The notes under the pieces were generated by a model, which saw only the letters and a list, made by a program, of their open reading frames with translations, was not told the DNA's origin and ran no database searches. The translations under genes were made by a program, and so were the position numbers. From Mytilus trossulus (lineage: Eukaryota), in assembly GCF_036588685.1 (NCBI RefSeq), contig NC_086385.1, forward strand, positions 25,009,216-25,073,215: a stretch of DNA of 64,000 nucleotides, written 5' to 3'. Below, piece after piece: positions 26,001-38,657 of the stretch; position 1 is the stretch's first letter, and every line of letters begins with the position of its first letter.

Positions 26001-26839
26001 GTCACTATTGATTATACGACCTTTAAACCTATTTATCACATTATTGATTTTATCTTGATATTCAATATCTTTTAAAATAGAATTATTCAATTTCCAGTAC
26101 CCATTCCCTCTTTCAGAATCTAAAACCCGAATGTTAATTACTACCCCTTGGTGGTCCGTCACTTTAATAAGTGCTGGTTTTATTTTACAATTCTCAACAA
26201 GAGACTGAAAATCTTTTCCAATTAAAATATAATCTATCCTACTTGCTTGAGTCTTCTCCATGTAAATTGTTGTGTGCTTTCGTGTAGAAAGCGCCAAATA
26301 TCTATAAGGCTATGACTTTTAATAAAAGTTTTTAAACTATTAACAGGCTCGGTAAATCGTGCATTTTTATTTAAACTTTTTCTATCAATATTTCTTAACG
26401 CTTCATTGAAATCGCCTCCAACCAAAATTATGCCAATCGAGTTTTCCTTTAAAAAAAGGTTGACCTTTTTATAGAAAGAATTCCTATCAGTCCTGTAATT
26501 TGATGCATACAGACAAACTAATGAAAAAATCAAATTATTCATTTTTACATTTAATAGGATAAGTCTCCCGTCGTTATCACAGAATTTATCAATTACCTCG
26601 ATATCTGCGTATTTATTTATAGCGATTGCTACCCCCCTACTAGCTGTAGTGCCATTACTGCAGTAGAAAATAAAATCAGATTCTTTTTCAAGATTTGTTT
26701 TTGTGTCTTCGTTTAAGTGCGTTTCTTGTAATAAGGCAACGGAGCATTTATTGCGTTTAATCCACTCTATAACCCTCAATCCTTTTTCTTTATTTTTTAT
26801 ACCATTAACATTAAGTGTACAAAAATTGATGTTTTTCAT
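23059..26839 (-). pseudogene. LINE ORF2 (APE endonuclease - reverse transcriptase - C-terminal zinc knuckle) with two frameshifts (~26255, ~24660)
   Basis: EN motifs TLNVNGI, LLQETH, VGGDFN, SRIDY and TDH; RT motifs KSPGLDG, YRPISLLN, DFTKAFD, GIRQGCPLS and QLADD; after the -1 nt lesion the frame resumes FGSFSGLRLNRSKTEGIWIG; CNFC-x8-H-x4-C. Confidence 0.95.
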
Positions 26840-28205
26840 AATGGTATCGATAGTTTAAAAAAGTATTTAATTTATGTGATTTATCTACATGATCTACTAC
26901 TTTAAGATACAGTTTGTCAATCGACAAAAGGTAACAATGTGTGACCTTGGTTAAGCTCGTGTCAATTATCAACTCGTGAAGTACGGACGTACCCAGGTAC
27001 AAATCATTTGTAACATAGCGTATAATATAGAAAATATGTGGAACACAGTTAATGTTTGAATTGGACTTTTCTGAAAAAGTGAATCTTGTATATCGCAATT
27101 GCCAGATGTACTTACATAAGTGGAAAATAATACTATTTGTATCTAGAAAGGATTTAATTAGTAATATAGAATTGAGACAGAATTGCCTGTTTGTTTTATT
27201 TTTACGTTTTTGGAGCGACTGTGTCCCGAAGGAGAGTCCATTTTCAATAAGGTAGGTACTTTTGTTTTTCTTTAAAACATCGATAACATATTTGTATTTA
27301 TAATTTACTTTGTTATGATTTAAAGCAAGTGATTCTTGTCTATGTGTAAAAATAGTTTTACAATTTTGAATACCGTCAAGTATGTCTAAAAATAGACTTA
27401 GAAAAACCCAACATAGCAGGTAAGTATAAAATGTCTTTAGCATGAGCATTCCAATCATAATAATATAATCATACAGTATTAAGCTAATAACTAGACACGT
27501 TGTCCTAAGTTTAAAGAAACTATAGTTGTTATACATTGTTTGCATTTTTGATACATGTAAGAACATTCTAAATTTAATCAATTGACTTAGTACAAATAAC
27601 AGGTAGATAGTACTGTATACACATGTCCATAATAAAATCAGTGCAGTACTAACTACCAAGCATACATTCTTGCCTCTGTATAGTTGATTGAAGTTAATTA
27701 AACAATAATAATGCATATTATATAATTTCATGCGGTTTATTGTGAATGAGTAGTGGTTTACTTTGAAATGATAAACGTAAAATTTACGTGACAAATTTTC
27801 AATCCGATATGATGTTTCTATAAATAGAAAAAGGAAAAACCACTTTATTTGGAAAAGTCTATCAGTTGTTTTTCGTATATAAAAACAATTTTTGAACAAA
27901 AATTTACATATAGTCTGATTGAACATATTTTTGGATATAAATATAAGCGCTTGTCTTTTTAAATCATATATGTTACACCATAGTTTTGTATATAATATCA
28001 TTAATTGACATTTTATAACATCTAACTTTTGTAAAGTATTGCACATACACATGTATGTCATTTTCAACATTATATTAACTATTGCATATAGCCATTTTTT
28101 GAAAAAATGTCTACTGTTTTCATCATCATTTAAATTAAACTCTGTATTTGAGCTTGATCTTTTTTTCATGTTTAATCTTTTTTTTATTTTATTTTTAAAT
28201 AACAT
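26811..28205 (-). CDS. LINE extra ORF (ORF-X), 464 aa, putative membrane protein of unknown function
   Basis: ATG-initiated, stop-free 1395 nt in very AT-rich DNA; fills the ORF1-ORF2 interval; hydrophobic segments at aa ~181-210, 237-256 and 259-276. Confidence 0.7.
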   Translation of the reverse strand: MLFKNKIKKRLNMKKRSSSNTEFNLNDDENSRHFFKKWLYAIVNIMLKMTYMCMCNTLQKLDVIKCQLMILYTKLWCNIYDLKRQALIFISKNMFNQTICKFLFKNCFYIRKTTDRLFQIKWFFLFLFIETSYRIENLSRKFYVYHFKVNHYSFTINRMKLYNMHYYCLINFNQLYRGKNVCLVVSTALILLWTCVYSTIYLLFVLSQLIKFRMFLHVSKMQTMYNNYSFFKLRTTCLVISLILYDYIIMIGMLMLKTFYTYLLCWVFLSLFLDILDGIQNCKTIFTHRQESLALNHNKVNYKYKYVIDVLKKNKSTYLIENGLSFGTQSLQKRKNKTNRQFCLNSILLIKSFLDTNSIIFHLCKYIWQLRYTRFTFSEKSNSNINCVPHIFYIIRYVTNDLYLGTSVLHELIIDTSLTKVTHCYLLSIDKLYLKVVDHVDKSHKLNTFLNYRYHYEKHQFLYT

Positions 28206-28285
28206 AAAAATATAGAAAAATATAATAAGTTAATAAATTATATGGTTTAAAACTATTATACAACAGTTATTTGACAAGATAAGTT

Positions 28286-29551
28286 TCATGCTTTTGATTT
28301 CTTTGGTCCAATGTTTTCAGTAGGTGTAGGTGGAGTATGATTTCTTGCAGCTGATTTTCTTGACATTTTAGGTGTATTTACGAATTTGTCAATGGATGGT
28401 TGCGATTTGTCTTGACCTGTGTTGTTCACATTTGACATTTGCACATTTCTAGCTGGACCTGTCTTTGTGCTACTAGCTTTGTTGGATGTACTACTAGTAT
28501 GTGATGGTTTTAGTATAGCTGTATTTGGTGTTTGTTTGTCAGCTGTTTCAGACATATGTTCTATTGTCTGATTGTCATTGGACTGTACAACTTCACTTTC
28601 ACTCTCTGGGACATTTACATCTAGGTTTTCTGAATTTTCATTTTCAGTTTGTAAGTCAGATTGGCAATCTAACATTTTATGACCACTTTTGTTGCATGTT
28701 CTACAAACCCAATCATTAGGGCATTCATATATTAAGTGACCTGGTTTTAAGCATTTATGACATGTCTTTATATTGCTACTAGTATCATAGTTGATACTTC
28801 TGTTAAATTCTGGTTGTCCAGCATTGAATACTCTAGCCATATATTTACCAATCTGTAAATTTCTTGGCACTACTTTATCTAGGCATTTACTTATAACCAC
28901 TCTGTCTCCAGTCTGACAAGCAGTTACTCTACCATTGATTCTCAAGCATTCTCTAGACAGACTTTGGATGTCACAACCCTGCAGTGTTAAAGCTCTGTGG
29001 ATTTGCCCATCATCCGCGGATAGAGGGACATTTTTTACTTTAATGCGAATTGTATTTTCTTGTAGCCTACCCGGATTTCGAGGATTTTGCGAGTACAGAG
29101 GTACCTGCCTGCCACGCAGGTGCAACCCTGTCACTAACAAAGACAGTCTGTCCTCCTCGTTGTCCATATACAGGCGCAACATTTCTCTTATCCGTTGTAT
29201 ACCTTTGATTCGTTCTGCAGGTACCTTGACATCTATTGCATTATATATCTCGACATTCGTCAGCCATAGAGATTTCGGAGGTTTCCCTGAACCATGGACA
29301 TCTTCATCTTTAAGGAAAATGGGCTTTACAAAGTTCCCTGGGTCATTGTCAGTGTTTTGAGATGTTACATTTAAATTTGTTTGATGATTAGTTACCACCT
29401 CAGAAAAAGACGCCATTTTTTCTTTGTTTTGATTTTGTTCGACCACTTCATCATTGATATTTTCACTTTCTTCACTTTGTAGGACACTTAACAGACGTTT
29501 TATACGATCAGCTGTCATACGTTTACACATAGATTCGATTTCTGAATCCAT
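28286..29551 (-). CDS. LINE ORF1, gag-like nucleic-acid-binding protein with two CCHC knuckles
   Basis: CHKCLKPGHLIYEC and CRTCNKSGHKMLDC; IRIKVKNVPLS RRM-like strand; low-complexity C-terminus; intact 421 aa. Confidence 0.9.
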   Translation of the reverse strand: MDSEIESMCKRMTADRIKRLLSVLQSEESENINDEVVEQNQNKEKMASFSEVVTNHQTNLNVTSQNTDNDPGNFVKPIFLKDEDVHGSGKPPKSLWLTNVEIYNAIDVKVPAERIKGIQRIREMLRLYMDNEEDRLSLLVTGLHLRGRQVPLYSQNPRNPGRLQENTIRIKVKNVPLSADDGQIHRALTLQGCDIQSLSRECLRINGRVTACQTGDRVVISKCLDKVVPRNLQIGKYMARVFNAGQPEFNRSINYDTSSNIKTCHKCLKPGHLIYECPNDWVCRTCNKSGHKMLDCQSDLQTENENSENLDVNVPESESEVVQSNDNQTIEHMSETADKQTPNTAILKPSHTSSTSNKASSTKTGPARNVQMSNVNNTGQDKSQPSIDKFVNTPKMSRKSAARNHTPPTPTENIGPKKSKA

Positions 29552-29714
29552 TTTACCTTAATTCTACTATTTTAACAACTTTTTAGGCGGAGTGCTATCT
29601 CAACGAGCCGTAGCAACAAGGGACATCACTCAATTCGACATTCTTACCAGCATTTTAATCAGCCTGATCATTCAATCGATTCTCATTCCCAAGTAGTCAG
29701 CACTCCGGTGAATA

Positions 29715-32390
29715 TCAATTATATGGTCATTTTTATATATTTATTGTTTTAAAAACTAAGGAAAAGTAAGGATTTTCTTATCCCAGGAAAATGATACCTT
29801 AGCGGTATTTGGCACAACTTTTTGGAAGTTTGGGTCATCAATGCTCTTCAAGGTTGTACTTGTTGGACTTTATAACTATTTTGATCTGAACGTCACTAAT
29901 GAGTCTTATGTTGACGAAACGCGCATCTGGCGTATTAAATTATGATCATGGTCACTTTGATAAATTTCTTTATGACGGTCCGCATTATCGAAAAAAATAT
30001 ACCACAGGACTAACAATCCTCATTTTGCAACGCCTCTCCATAGATAAAAGAGGACTACTGGATTCGACAATTAGGAACTGCGACACCATATGGTAGCAAT
30101 ATGATAAAATTGATGGTATATGTAATATATCTAGTCCTTCCAGTAGCTCGGTGATTGTGATGAATATTTTAAACTCTACTCCTCGAGGTAGACGCATTCG
30201 TGGTCATAAAAATTATACACCACCAGTGACCTACTCTACATGGTGTCTCTGTTAATTACTTGCTGCCATTAGTACACAAGCCGATTCATCACATTCGCAA
30301 AAAACTTTATTCCTTACCCCTTTCAAAACGTCATTATCTGTTTAATTTATGTTTGGAAACCAATGTTATAAACACTCATTCGAATCAATACAAACTTACA
30401 ACTATCATTTCGGATATTGCAAGTCACAGACTTTTTAAACCAGTTCGCATTGGAAAGGATGAAAAAGAGAAAAATCTTTTTTCATACTTTTTTTTGCCAA
30501 CAAAGGTCTCGACGGCGTCAACTTTGGCAATATCCTCCATTATAAATAAGTTCAGTCGAAAATACCTCCTTTTTTAAAAGATCAGTTTTTACAATTATTA
30601 CTTCTACCTTTACCAAACCAATTGCGACTAAGATTTTCAATTACCAACACGTTGTGCAGGATCTAAATAATGACGACTTCAAGTCTAAACCTCCTGATTG
30701 CACGTGTGTTAGTTCCCAATTCATATATAATATATATTATCCGGCTGACCACATTATTACCGGTGACCTGACTGTACGGTGACCTATAGTTGTTAATGTC
30801 TGTGTCATTTTGGTCTTTTGTGTGTAGTTGTCTCATTGGCAATTATAACACATCTTCTTTTTTATATTGCTAATTAAACTTAGCTGCGAAATGTGTTATC
30901 CAAAGTTTCGAAATATTGTAACCCCAATAAAATTGAGAAAAGAAATGGGGAATGGGGAACCCGACCATAGAGCAGACAACAGCCGAAGGCCACCAATGAG
31001 TCTAAATCCATCAATTGGAAATGCAACTTCAAAATATTGATGGATTCAGTCAAAGAATATACTAATCAATCGGCCTAACGCGAGAAAAAAGATGTATCTA
31101 CCCCTACCTAATGGATAAAGGCTGTGAGGTTGTTGATACAAATCAGGTCTTTGGGATTGATAAAATCCTCCTTTGTACAGAATCAATCTGATTCAAACAA
31201 AAAATCCTCTGATAATGACATTATCAAGATGCTTGATTTTTGATTGACAACATATGTGTAACGCTTAGAGGAACATATTGTGCGCTCTTCTTGTCAACTT
31301 GTTTCTTTATTATTATGAGGCTGACTTCATACAGGATTTTCTGAGGAAGAAAGATAAGAAATTAGCAATATTCTTTAACTTTACGTTCCGCTATATAGAT
31401 GATGTTCTCTCACTAAATTGGTGACTGTGTTGAACAAATCTATCCCATCGAAATAGAGGTTAAGGATACAACAGATACAGTTAAGTCTTTGTGTTTTCTC
31501 TTATTTTTGAGATATTGAGATAAGACGTGGCACGGTACTTATCTATCCCAAATTCATGTATTTGGTTTTCATGTTATATTTGTTATTCTCGTGGTGTTTT
31601 GTCTGATGCTTGGTCCGTTTCTGTGTGTGTTACGTTTCGGTGTTATGTCGTTGTTCTCCTCTTATATTTAATGCGTTTTTCTCGGTTGTAGTTTGTTACC
31701 CCGATTTTGCTTTTGTCCATGGATTTATGAGTTTTGAACAGCGGTATACTACTGTTGCCTTTCTTTATCTACCTCATATCTTGACTTACATCTAGAAATT
31801 GACAATGAGGTTCGGTTGAAAACAAAACTTTACGATAAAAGAGATGATAACAGCTTCCCAACTGTGAAATTTCCATTTATATGTAGCAACATTCCAGCAG
31901 CGTCTGAACATCTCCTCATTGAGATGATATTCCCGGGCTTGTATTTCCTATCAAACCAAGATTTCCAAATGGTGAAGTTGAAATCATCCCTTAGTTAATT
32001 TTACGGACGCTATCATGAGTTGTTTGGCCGTTATTGAATAGCAGTACTTGTGTCACAGATGATAGCGAATGTGTTCGTTATGTCGTAACTACAATCCCCT
32101 TCCCTTTCCACGAATGTGATCTACCGAATTAGACAATTTAACTGACTTGTAATAACATGAGCAACACGACGGGTGCCACATGTGGAGCAGGATCTGCGTA
32201 CCCTTCAAGAACACATGAAATCACTTCCAGTTTTTGGGTGGGTTCGTGTTGCTTAGTCTTTAGTTTTCTTGTTGTGTTTTGTTTACTTTTATTCGTCTGT
32301 GTGTCTTTTTCTTTTTTAGCAATGGCGTTGTCAGTTTAATTTCGGTCTATGAGTTTGACTGTTCGTTTGATATCTTTCGCCCCTCTTATT
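29715..32390 (+). mobile_element. Degraded Penelope-like element: hammerhead-bearing terminal repeat, RT body and tail, with nested insertions
   Basis: YYEADFIQDFLRKKDKKLAIFFNFTFRYIDDVLSLN (~31310-31418); SYLDLHLEID..KTKLYDKRDD; nested repeat at ~31488-31768. Confidence 0.8.
29890..29933 (+). ncRNA. Degenerate hammerhead copy upstream of a Penelope-like RT body
   Basis: acgtca CTAATGA gtc..gac GAAAC gcgc ATC tggcgt. Confidence 0.6.
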
Positions 32391-35300
32391 ACACAAATGA
32401 TACCGATTATTTCTATTTCAATCGTGTTATATTTGTAAATTTTGCGGACCGTTTATAGTTTATTGTGTTGCATGTATTTTGCTTTTTGTTGATGGCAGTA
32501 CGATGACCTAAAGTTCTTTGGTCTTTAATGAATAGTTGCCTCATTGGAAATAACACATCTTAGTTCTTTTATGTGTACATCTTGACATTCAATATTTTTC
32601 TGATTTTACGTTTATAGGAGATTTGATTCTTTCAAAAAAACAAATAATTAGACTTTTGCATTAAAATTGATATCATAAAACTATAACTATTTATGTAGTA
32701 TAGTACAATTTTGTTAACGCTGAAATGTCACGCTCCTTTAACTGATTATTGATTCTATGTTGCTATTCGAAATATAACGTTTTACTGCATTTTTCCTTAA
32801 CATATTACAAGAAAATGAGGCCAATGTCAGAAAAACTAAGTCGCTAAAAAAAGAATTTACAATCATTCCAAATCGTACAGTTGACTTATATACAAGAAAC
32901 AGACCAAACCCTGAAAACTTGATATTGACCAAGGAACCATGAGGATATGCGGACAAATGAACCCTGCAAGAAAGACAAGAACATCTTGCAATTCCTGCAT
33001 GCATCATGTATAGTTGAACTATTGCACAGCGTATTGAAGAAAACACATATTAACTACGAAAACTTAATTTTGGAAAATGAACCATGAAAACGCGGTCAAG
33101 GTCAGATGATACCTATCACAGAAACATACACACTGTACAATCAGTCCATGTTGCTTATAGTTTAGGAAAATCAGACTAAACAAAACATAAAAACTTAACA
33201 TTGAGCAATGAATCGTAACATGGGCCCTAGGTAAAATAAAACTGCCGGACTGACAGACACATCGTAAATACACCAAACAGTTAACCTGTGGAATATAGTA
33301 TGTGACGAAAAACTTTAACCACTGAACCATGATAATGAGGTCAATGTCAGTTGGATATGTAAACCTTACAATCCTTTCATTCACCAAATATAGTAAACCT
33401 ATCCGAGATGTGGACTTGTGGCTCATGGCTGTTATTTTACAATATCAATCTGTAGAAAACCCTGATTATCTTTATATAAGTGTGTCTCAACTTCATATAC
33501 TAGCTTTAATATTGAATGATAAACACTAATAAATTTCATATGCATCTGTTTTCCTAAAAACACAAGTCCCCAGTACAGCCATATTGCTGCTCCATGATTC
33601 ATTGTCGCCATATTAATTCTAAAGTGACTGTCTAGAGAGTAATGAACGAAACGTTTTCACAATGGGTTCAATAATAAAATTATGTAATATAATTACTGTT
33701 ATGCATCACATCAATTATTTATGAAATAAGGCACCCTTTTTAAGTCTATCCATGTTTTAATACAGAAGACAGTGTGCATGCACCCCGAGTACATGCGTCC
33801 CAAAAATAAGCAACCGAGATCCACTGCCGAGAGAACCTGATGTTACATGAAAAGTTTACTATTATATCAAAAAGAATTCAGTCAGAATCAATAATCGTCG
33901 CTGCGCATTTTTTTCAAAACACAATTGAATAAGGAAAAGTGTTAGCTTACATATTATTTAGGCGTAGTTTATTCGTGTAAAGAAGCTCGTGTCTGCATGT
34001 GCTACTCTTATTGGTTGTTTCTTATTTAGAAGAGATACACGTGGCAGAACTCATCTTTGTTTTTCTGTTTGGATAGAAGGACGCTATTTTATATTGTCCG
34101 AATCAATGATCATCGCTGCTGATCCATTTTTTTAAAACACAATTGAATAAGGAAAAGTTACAGTTAAAATGAGGCAACCTTTTTGGCCCATTGAATTTGA
34201 TAATCAAATAATTGTACAAAACCAAACAACGTCGGTAAGACATTAAAATGTCAGACATCTGTAATTATATTTTAGAATTTAGTTTTCACAGCTTGGTAAA
34301 CTTTTTACATTTTTTGCAAAACACAAAAATTGCTAAAAGTTGTATTGGATATAACTATGTATGTGACACAAGTTTTCTCCAACAAGATAATTTGTTACAA
34401 AATGTTTCTAAAACCACATTAAGATTACTATTTTTGCCATGTCAGGTGGTAAATTATTCAGCTCTATGGTAGATATTGAAAATATGAAAAGTTACAAGAG
34501 GAAAGACAGACAAAATTAACAAGCATTATTTTTACAATAGCCATTTGCATTATGTTACTATTCTCTTACATCTGATCTGGTTTGTTCTAGCATTGTTACA
34601 GGAGTAAAAGGGGTAATTGTGATCATAAAGCAGTTCTTAACCAATCAATGACAGCTGTCATAAAACAATAGTCTGCTAAATTCAGTAAAAGATCCTTAAT
34701 AAAAGGATATGTAATGCTCTTTACCTTGCCAAAGAAACTATTTTACTTTCATATTTTTCAATAGCGGTCTTATCAAAATGGATAATGCTACATGACAAGA
34801 AATTCATTATATAAATTCATAATTATATTTATAAAGTCTTAATCAATATAGTATATTATGCAATTATTCAAGATATGTATATGTGCATTATAAACTAATG
34901 AAAAAATGCAATTATAAAAACATATATATTTTTTTTTATTTATTTACATAAATAACATGCATGAATAAACAAGTACTGATATGTAACAAAACAATTTCAC
35001 AACAGTTGAATAAAAAATGCATAATAAATGCACTCATGATAATTATGAAGTTTGTTCCTGGTTTGAATCTTTATGTAAATTAAGCTTCATGGCTTCAAAT
35101 CGGGAATGTACTTTCTCCAAATTGATGGTAGATTGGGCTTCTGACTGGAATGGCTGTGTATATATTGAAGCATTTGTGACCGAAGATGAACGAGACTTGG
35201 AGGATGGCTTATACTAAAAAAAAAAGAATAAACATCAAATCTGAAAAAAAAATGTGCATGCAATGAATGTCATGTAAAAGAGACGAGCAAGATACCAAAT

Positions 35301-37075
35301 GAATATTCAAACTCATAAAATTAAGATAAACTGATCATGCCAAGACAAAATAGGAAAAACAACAAAAAGATAAACAATAGTTAACAAAACACAGTATAAA
35401 AACCTGAAGAGCAGCAAGAACACATAAAATATACCAACATCCTTCATCGTTATAACTTGAAAATGTTAACCACTAGACAAACAATGAAATCTCTCTTGTC
35501 ATTATGATTCAGGAAAACTAGCAAAATCTGCTAACCTCAGTAGCAATGTACAACTATTTGTTGATGTCACACAGAAGGTGACTCCCTGACAGATAAAAGT
35601 ATCAATAGCATAATATAAACAAGCATTCAAAATTCAAGGTTGATATTTAAGCAGTTATAAAAATTACACTGCAAGGGATCACTCTTCATTGAACTATTTA
35701 CATGTACAAAACATATATTCTTATTGTGTTTCTGTCACTCAATTGCATAAAATAAAAATCCTTTCTTTATTATCCACTAAGACCTCTGTTTTTGCAAAAT
35801 GGGTTCCCCTGTTGACAAACTTAAGGTAATACTTCAGGTGTCTGTTATCTAGATCAAGAAGTTTTGAGCAAAAACAAACTTCTGGAAAATTCTGATACCT
35901 TATTTTGATCACGATAAAGTTTCTATACAAGATTCCATTAATATTTGACAAAGTTATTGACTGCACCTTTATTTCATTAATGGCATAGACAGAATGTAGA
36001 AACTGAATGTCTTGCTTGATTTTCTTCCCAGGTATGACATTAACTTCATTGGTTAAAAGTATACTATCTTACCTGACAGGATGTCCACATCTGCCCCTCT
36101 GAACTAATTTGATCGTGTTTTGTTATTGGTCATCTCTTCAGCTAGTTTTCAATCAAACGTCGGAATATTTGAATCAGTCTCAGGAATTCTGCAACAAAGA
36201 GTAATAAATGCATGTACAAAATAACTCATAAAAAGTAGGGTTTCTTATTTCTTTTGGTCTATTTTTTAGGTTTTGATTATCTATCATGTGTATGTTATAT
36301 GAGAAACTAGGCAGAAGGACAGCTTTAGAATATAAACTTGCTCACCAATTTTTTGGTGTAAAAGCAACAAATAATAATCTTTTTCTTTGCCTAGCTAACA
36401 CAAGATTTTGTGGTGGTTCTTATATGATAAATTGATTTATCTTGCATTTAAGTTACTCAATTGATAATTGTGAACTAATTCAGTAGTTACATATCACTAA
36501 TATAACCTGAATTCATACAAAGGGTAAGGACAGGTCAGTTCAAACTTTGTTTAAATCAAATACAGTGAAACCTGTTTAAACTAAACCTTTTTAGGAGTTA
36601 ACAGATTTTTGGTTTACTGTGGATTCAGTTATGTTCAAGGGTATCAATTTTTATGACTTGCTGAAAACTTGCATATTCCGGGATATTTGATTTCGTTGTT
36701 TTGATTATCTCTGTATACAAAGCCTATTGAAAATATGATATTCATTGAACATATGAACTTGTGGTTCACCTGTACCAACGTCACCCACAAAAATTGGTAT
36801 CGGACGAATAATAATGAATCCACAATAATCATGTTCACAAGGTATATTTAACATTTAATTTGTATTAAACACATGTTTGGTTTAGACATGTTTTCAGTTT
36901 ATGCAAGATCCAGTTTAGACAGGTTTCACTTAATTTGCTGTCAACTTATCAAATACAAACAGTATACTACACTACCAAGAATTTACTCGCGTTTTTTTGG
37001 TACATTTCTACCCTCGTATATATCAGTGCTGTTCGGCAAGACAGAAAACTTGTAATGTTATACTTTTTGTTTATT

Positions 37076-37337
37076 CAGTACTGTTTTTGACAGTACTGTT
37101 TCAGTACTGATTTTAACAGTACTGTTTCAGTACTGATTTTGACAGTACTGTTTCAGTACTGATTTTGACAGTACTGTTTCAGTATTGATTTTAACAGTAC
37201 TGTTTCAGCACTGATTTCGTCAGTACTGTTTCAGTACTGATTTTGACAGTACTGTATCAGTTCTGATTTTATCAGTACTGTTTCAGTACTGATTTTGACA
37301 GTACTGTTTCAGTTCTGATTTCGTCAGTACTGTTTCA
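37076..37337 (+). repeat. 26-bp tandem array (gacagtactgtttcagtactgatttt)n
   Basis: About 10 units, each with two CAGTACTG palindromes. Confidence 0.95.
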
Positions 37338-38440
37338 TTATATCACTAATTAAATCAGTACTGTATCTGTAGGGAATTTTTCATTACTGTTAAACATATA
37401 AACATGTACCTGCTCTTTTCAGTGCATTTATAAATAGATCAGTGTTCATAAAAAATGATGTCCTCTCTTTTATTACGTAAATGTGCATCTTTTTTAATGT
37501 TTTTATTTGTTTCTTTTTCAGGTAAAATTTAGTTTATTTACCTTAAAATTAGTTACAATGTTTACATTTGAATGCATACAGTGATGCCTATTTAAAAGGT
37601 ATTAGGTTATTTTGTATATTTGGGGTGAGTTAATTGTTCTTTTTGGACATTTAACCCATTTCCATTCATTTTCTATATCGTGACATGTTGTTGTTTCGTT
37701 ATGTTTGTTTTATTCCTCGGATTTATTTTTGTCCTGATTTGGTTTTGCTTTAGTTCCAGCTCTTCAACAGTTATTTTAGTTTTTTTTAATATTCTGGCTT
37801 TATGTCATATTTATTGTCAGAACTGCATCTTGTGTGGTTATTTTATAAGGTTTGTGTTTTAGTAAGATCATATTAATATTTCTATTTGACAATACCATAT
37901 TACATGTATTTGTATCTTGCTTGAGTCAAATCAGAACATATTGAACAAGAATTGACATTGGAACTCGGTATATTACTTTTGAGAAGATGGATGGTTGAAT
38001 GGATGTTATGTGATCCAGTGGCAAGTTGAGTGCAAAAAGAGGACATGATACTCAGATATAAATACAATGTAATTAACCTATTTTGTACAGAACTAGACCA
38101 ATAATGCTCTGAAAAATACTTTTTTTTAACATGCCAGTTCACCACAAGAAGAGAATCTACTATAAGACATGTCCCTCTACATGATCAGGTACCTTCAGAC
38201 TGAACAGTCTATGTTATTTCTCCTTAATGCTGTGTGCTGAGGGAATAATCAGAATACGACAACTTTTCCAGTCTTATTTCTCATAATTAAATTTTCAATC
38301 ATAATGCCCATTGTTAAAGAAAGAACTATTTTTCATATGGATGAGGTGCGCACTAAAAAGTAAGTTTATTACTAAAACAGTGAATGGAAATATCAACTCA
38401 ATAATAGAATTAAAAAAATCGGTATACTTACAGTATAAAA

Positions 38441-38657
38441 TCAGTACTGAAACATTACTGACGAAATCAACACTGAAACAGTACTGTCAAAATCAGTACT
38501 GAAATAGTACTGACAAAAACAGAACTGAAACAGTACTATCAAAATCAGTACTGAAACAGTACTGTTAAAATCAGTACTGAAACAGTACTGTCAAAATCAG
38601 TACTGAAACAGAACTGTCAAAATCAGTACTGAAACATTACTGTCAAAAACAGTACTG
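38441..38657 (-). repeat. Inverted copy of the 26-bp array
   Basis: (aaaatcagtactgaaacagtactgtc)n, about 8 units. Confidence 0.95.

Larger units (their letters stand above)
22875..29630 (-). mobile_element. Full-length L1/Tx1-clade non-LTR retrotransposon (~6.75 kb) with three ORFs
   Basis: TSD tcgacattctt at 22866-22876 and 29635-29645 (extends to caat(t)cgacattctt with one indel); poly(A) seen as T-run 22875-22891; AATAAA at 22908-22913; ~80-nt 5'UTR. Confidence 0.95.

Noticed and set aside
28935-29360. 141-aa antisense ORF in the LINE (ORF0-like?)
   Set aside because: It lies wholly opposite ORF1 and has no ATG start or motif; most likely a shadow ORF. The same applies to 15672-16073 and 62090-62464.
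37076-38657. CRISPR-like appearance of the 26-bp palindromic repeats
   Set aside because: Units are contiguous with no unique spacers, there are no cas genes, and the arrays form the arms of a eukaryotic foldback element.
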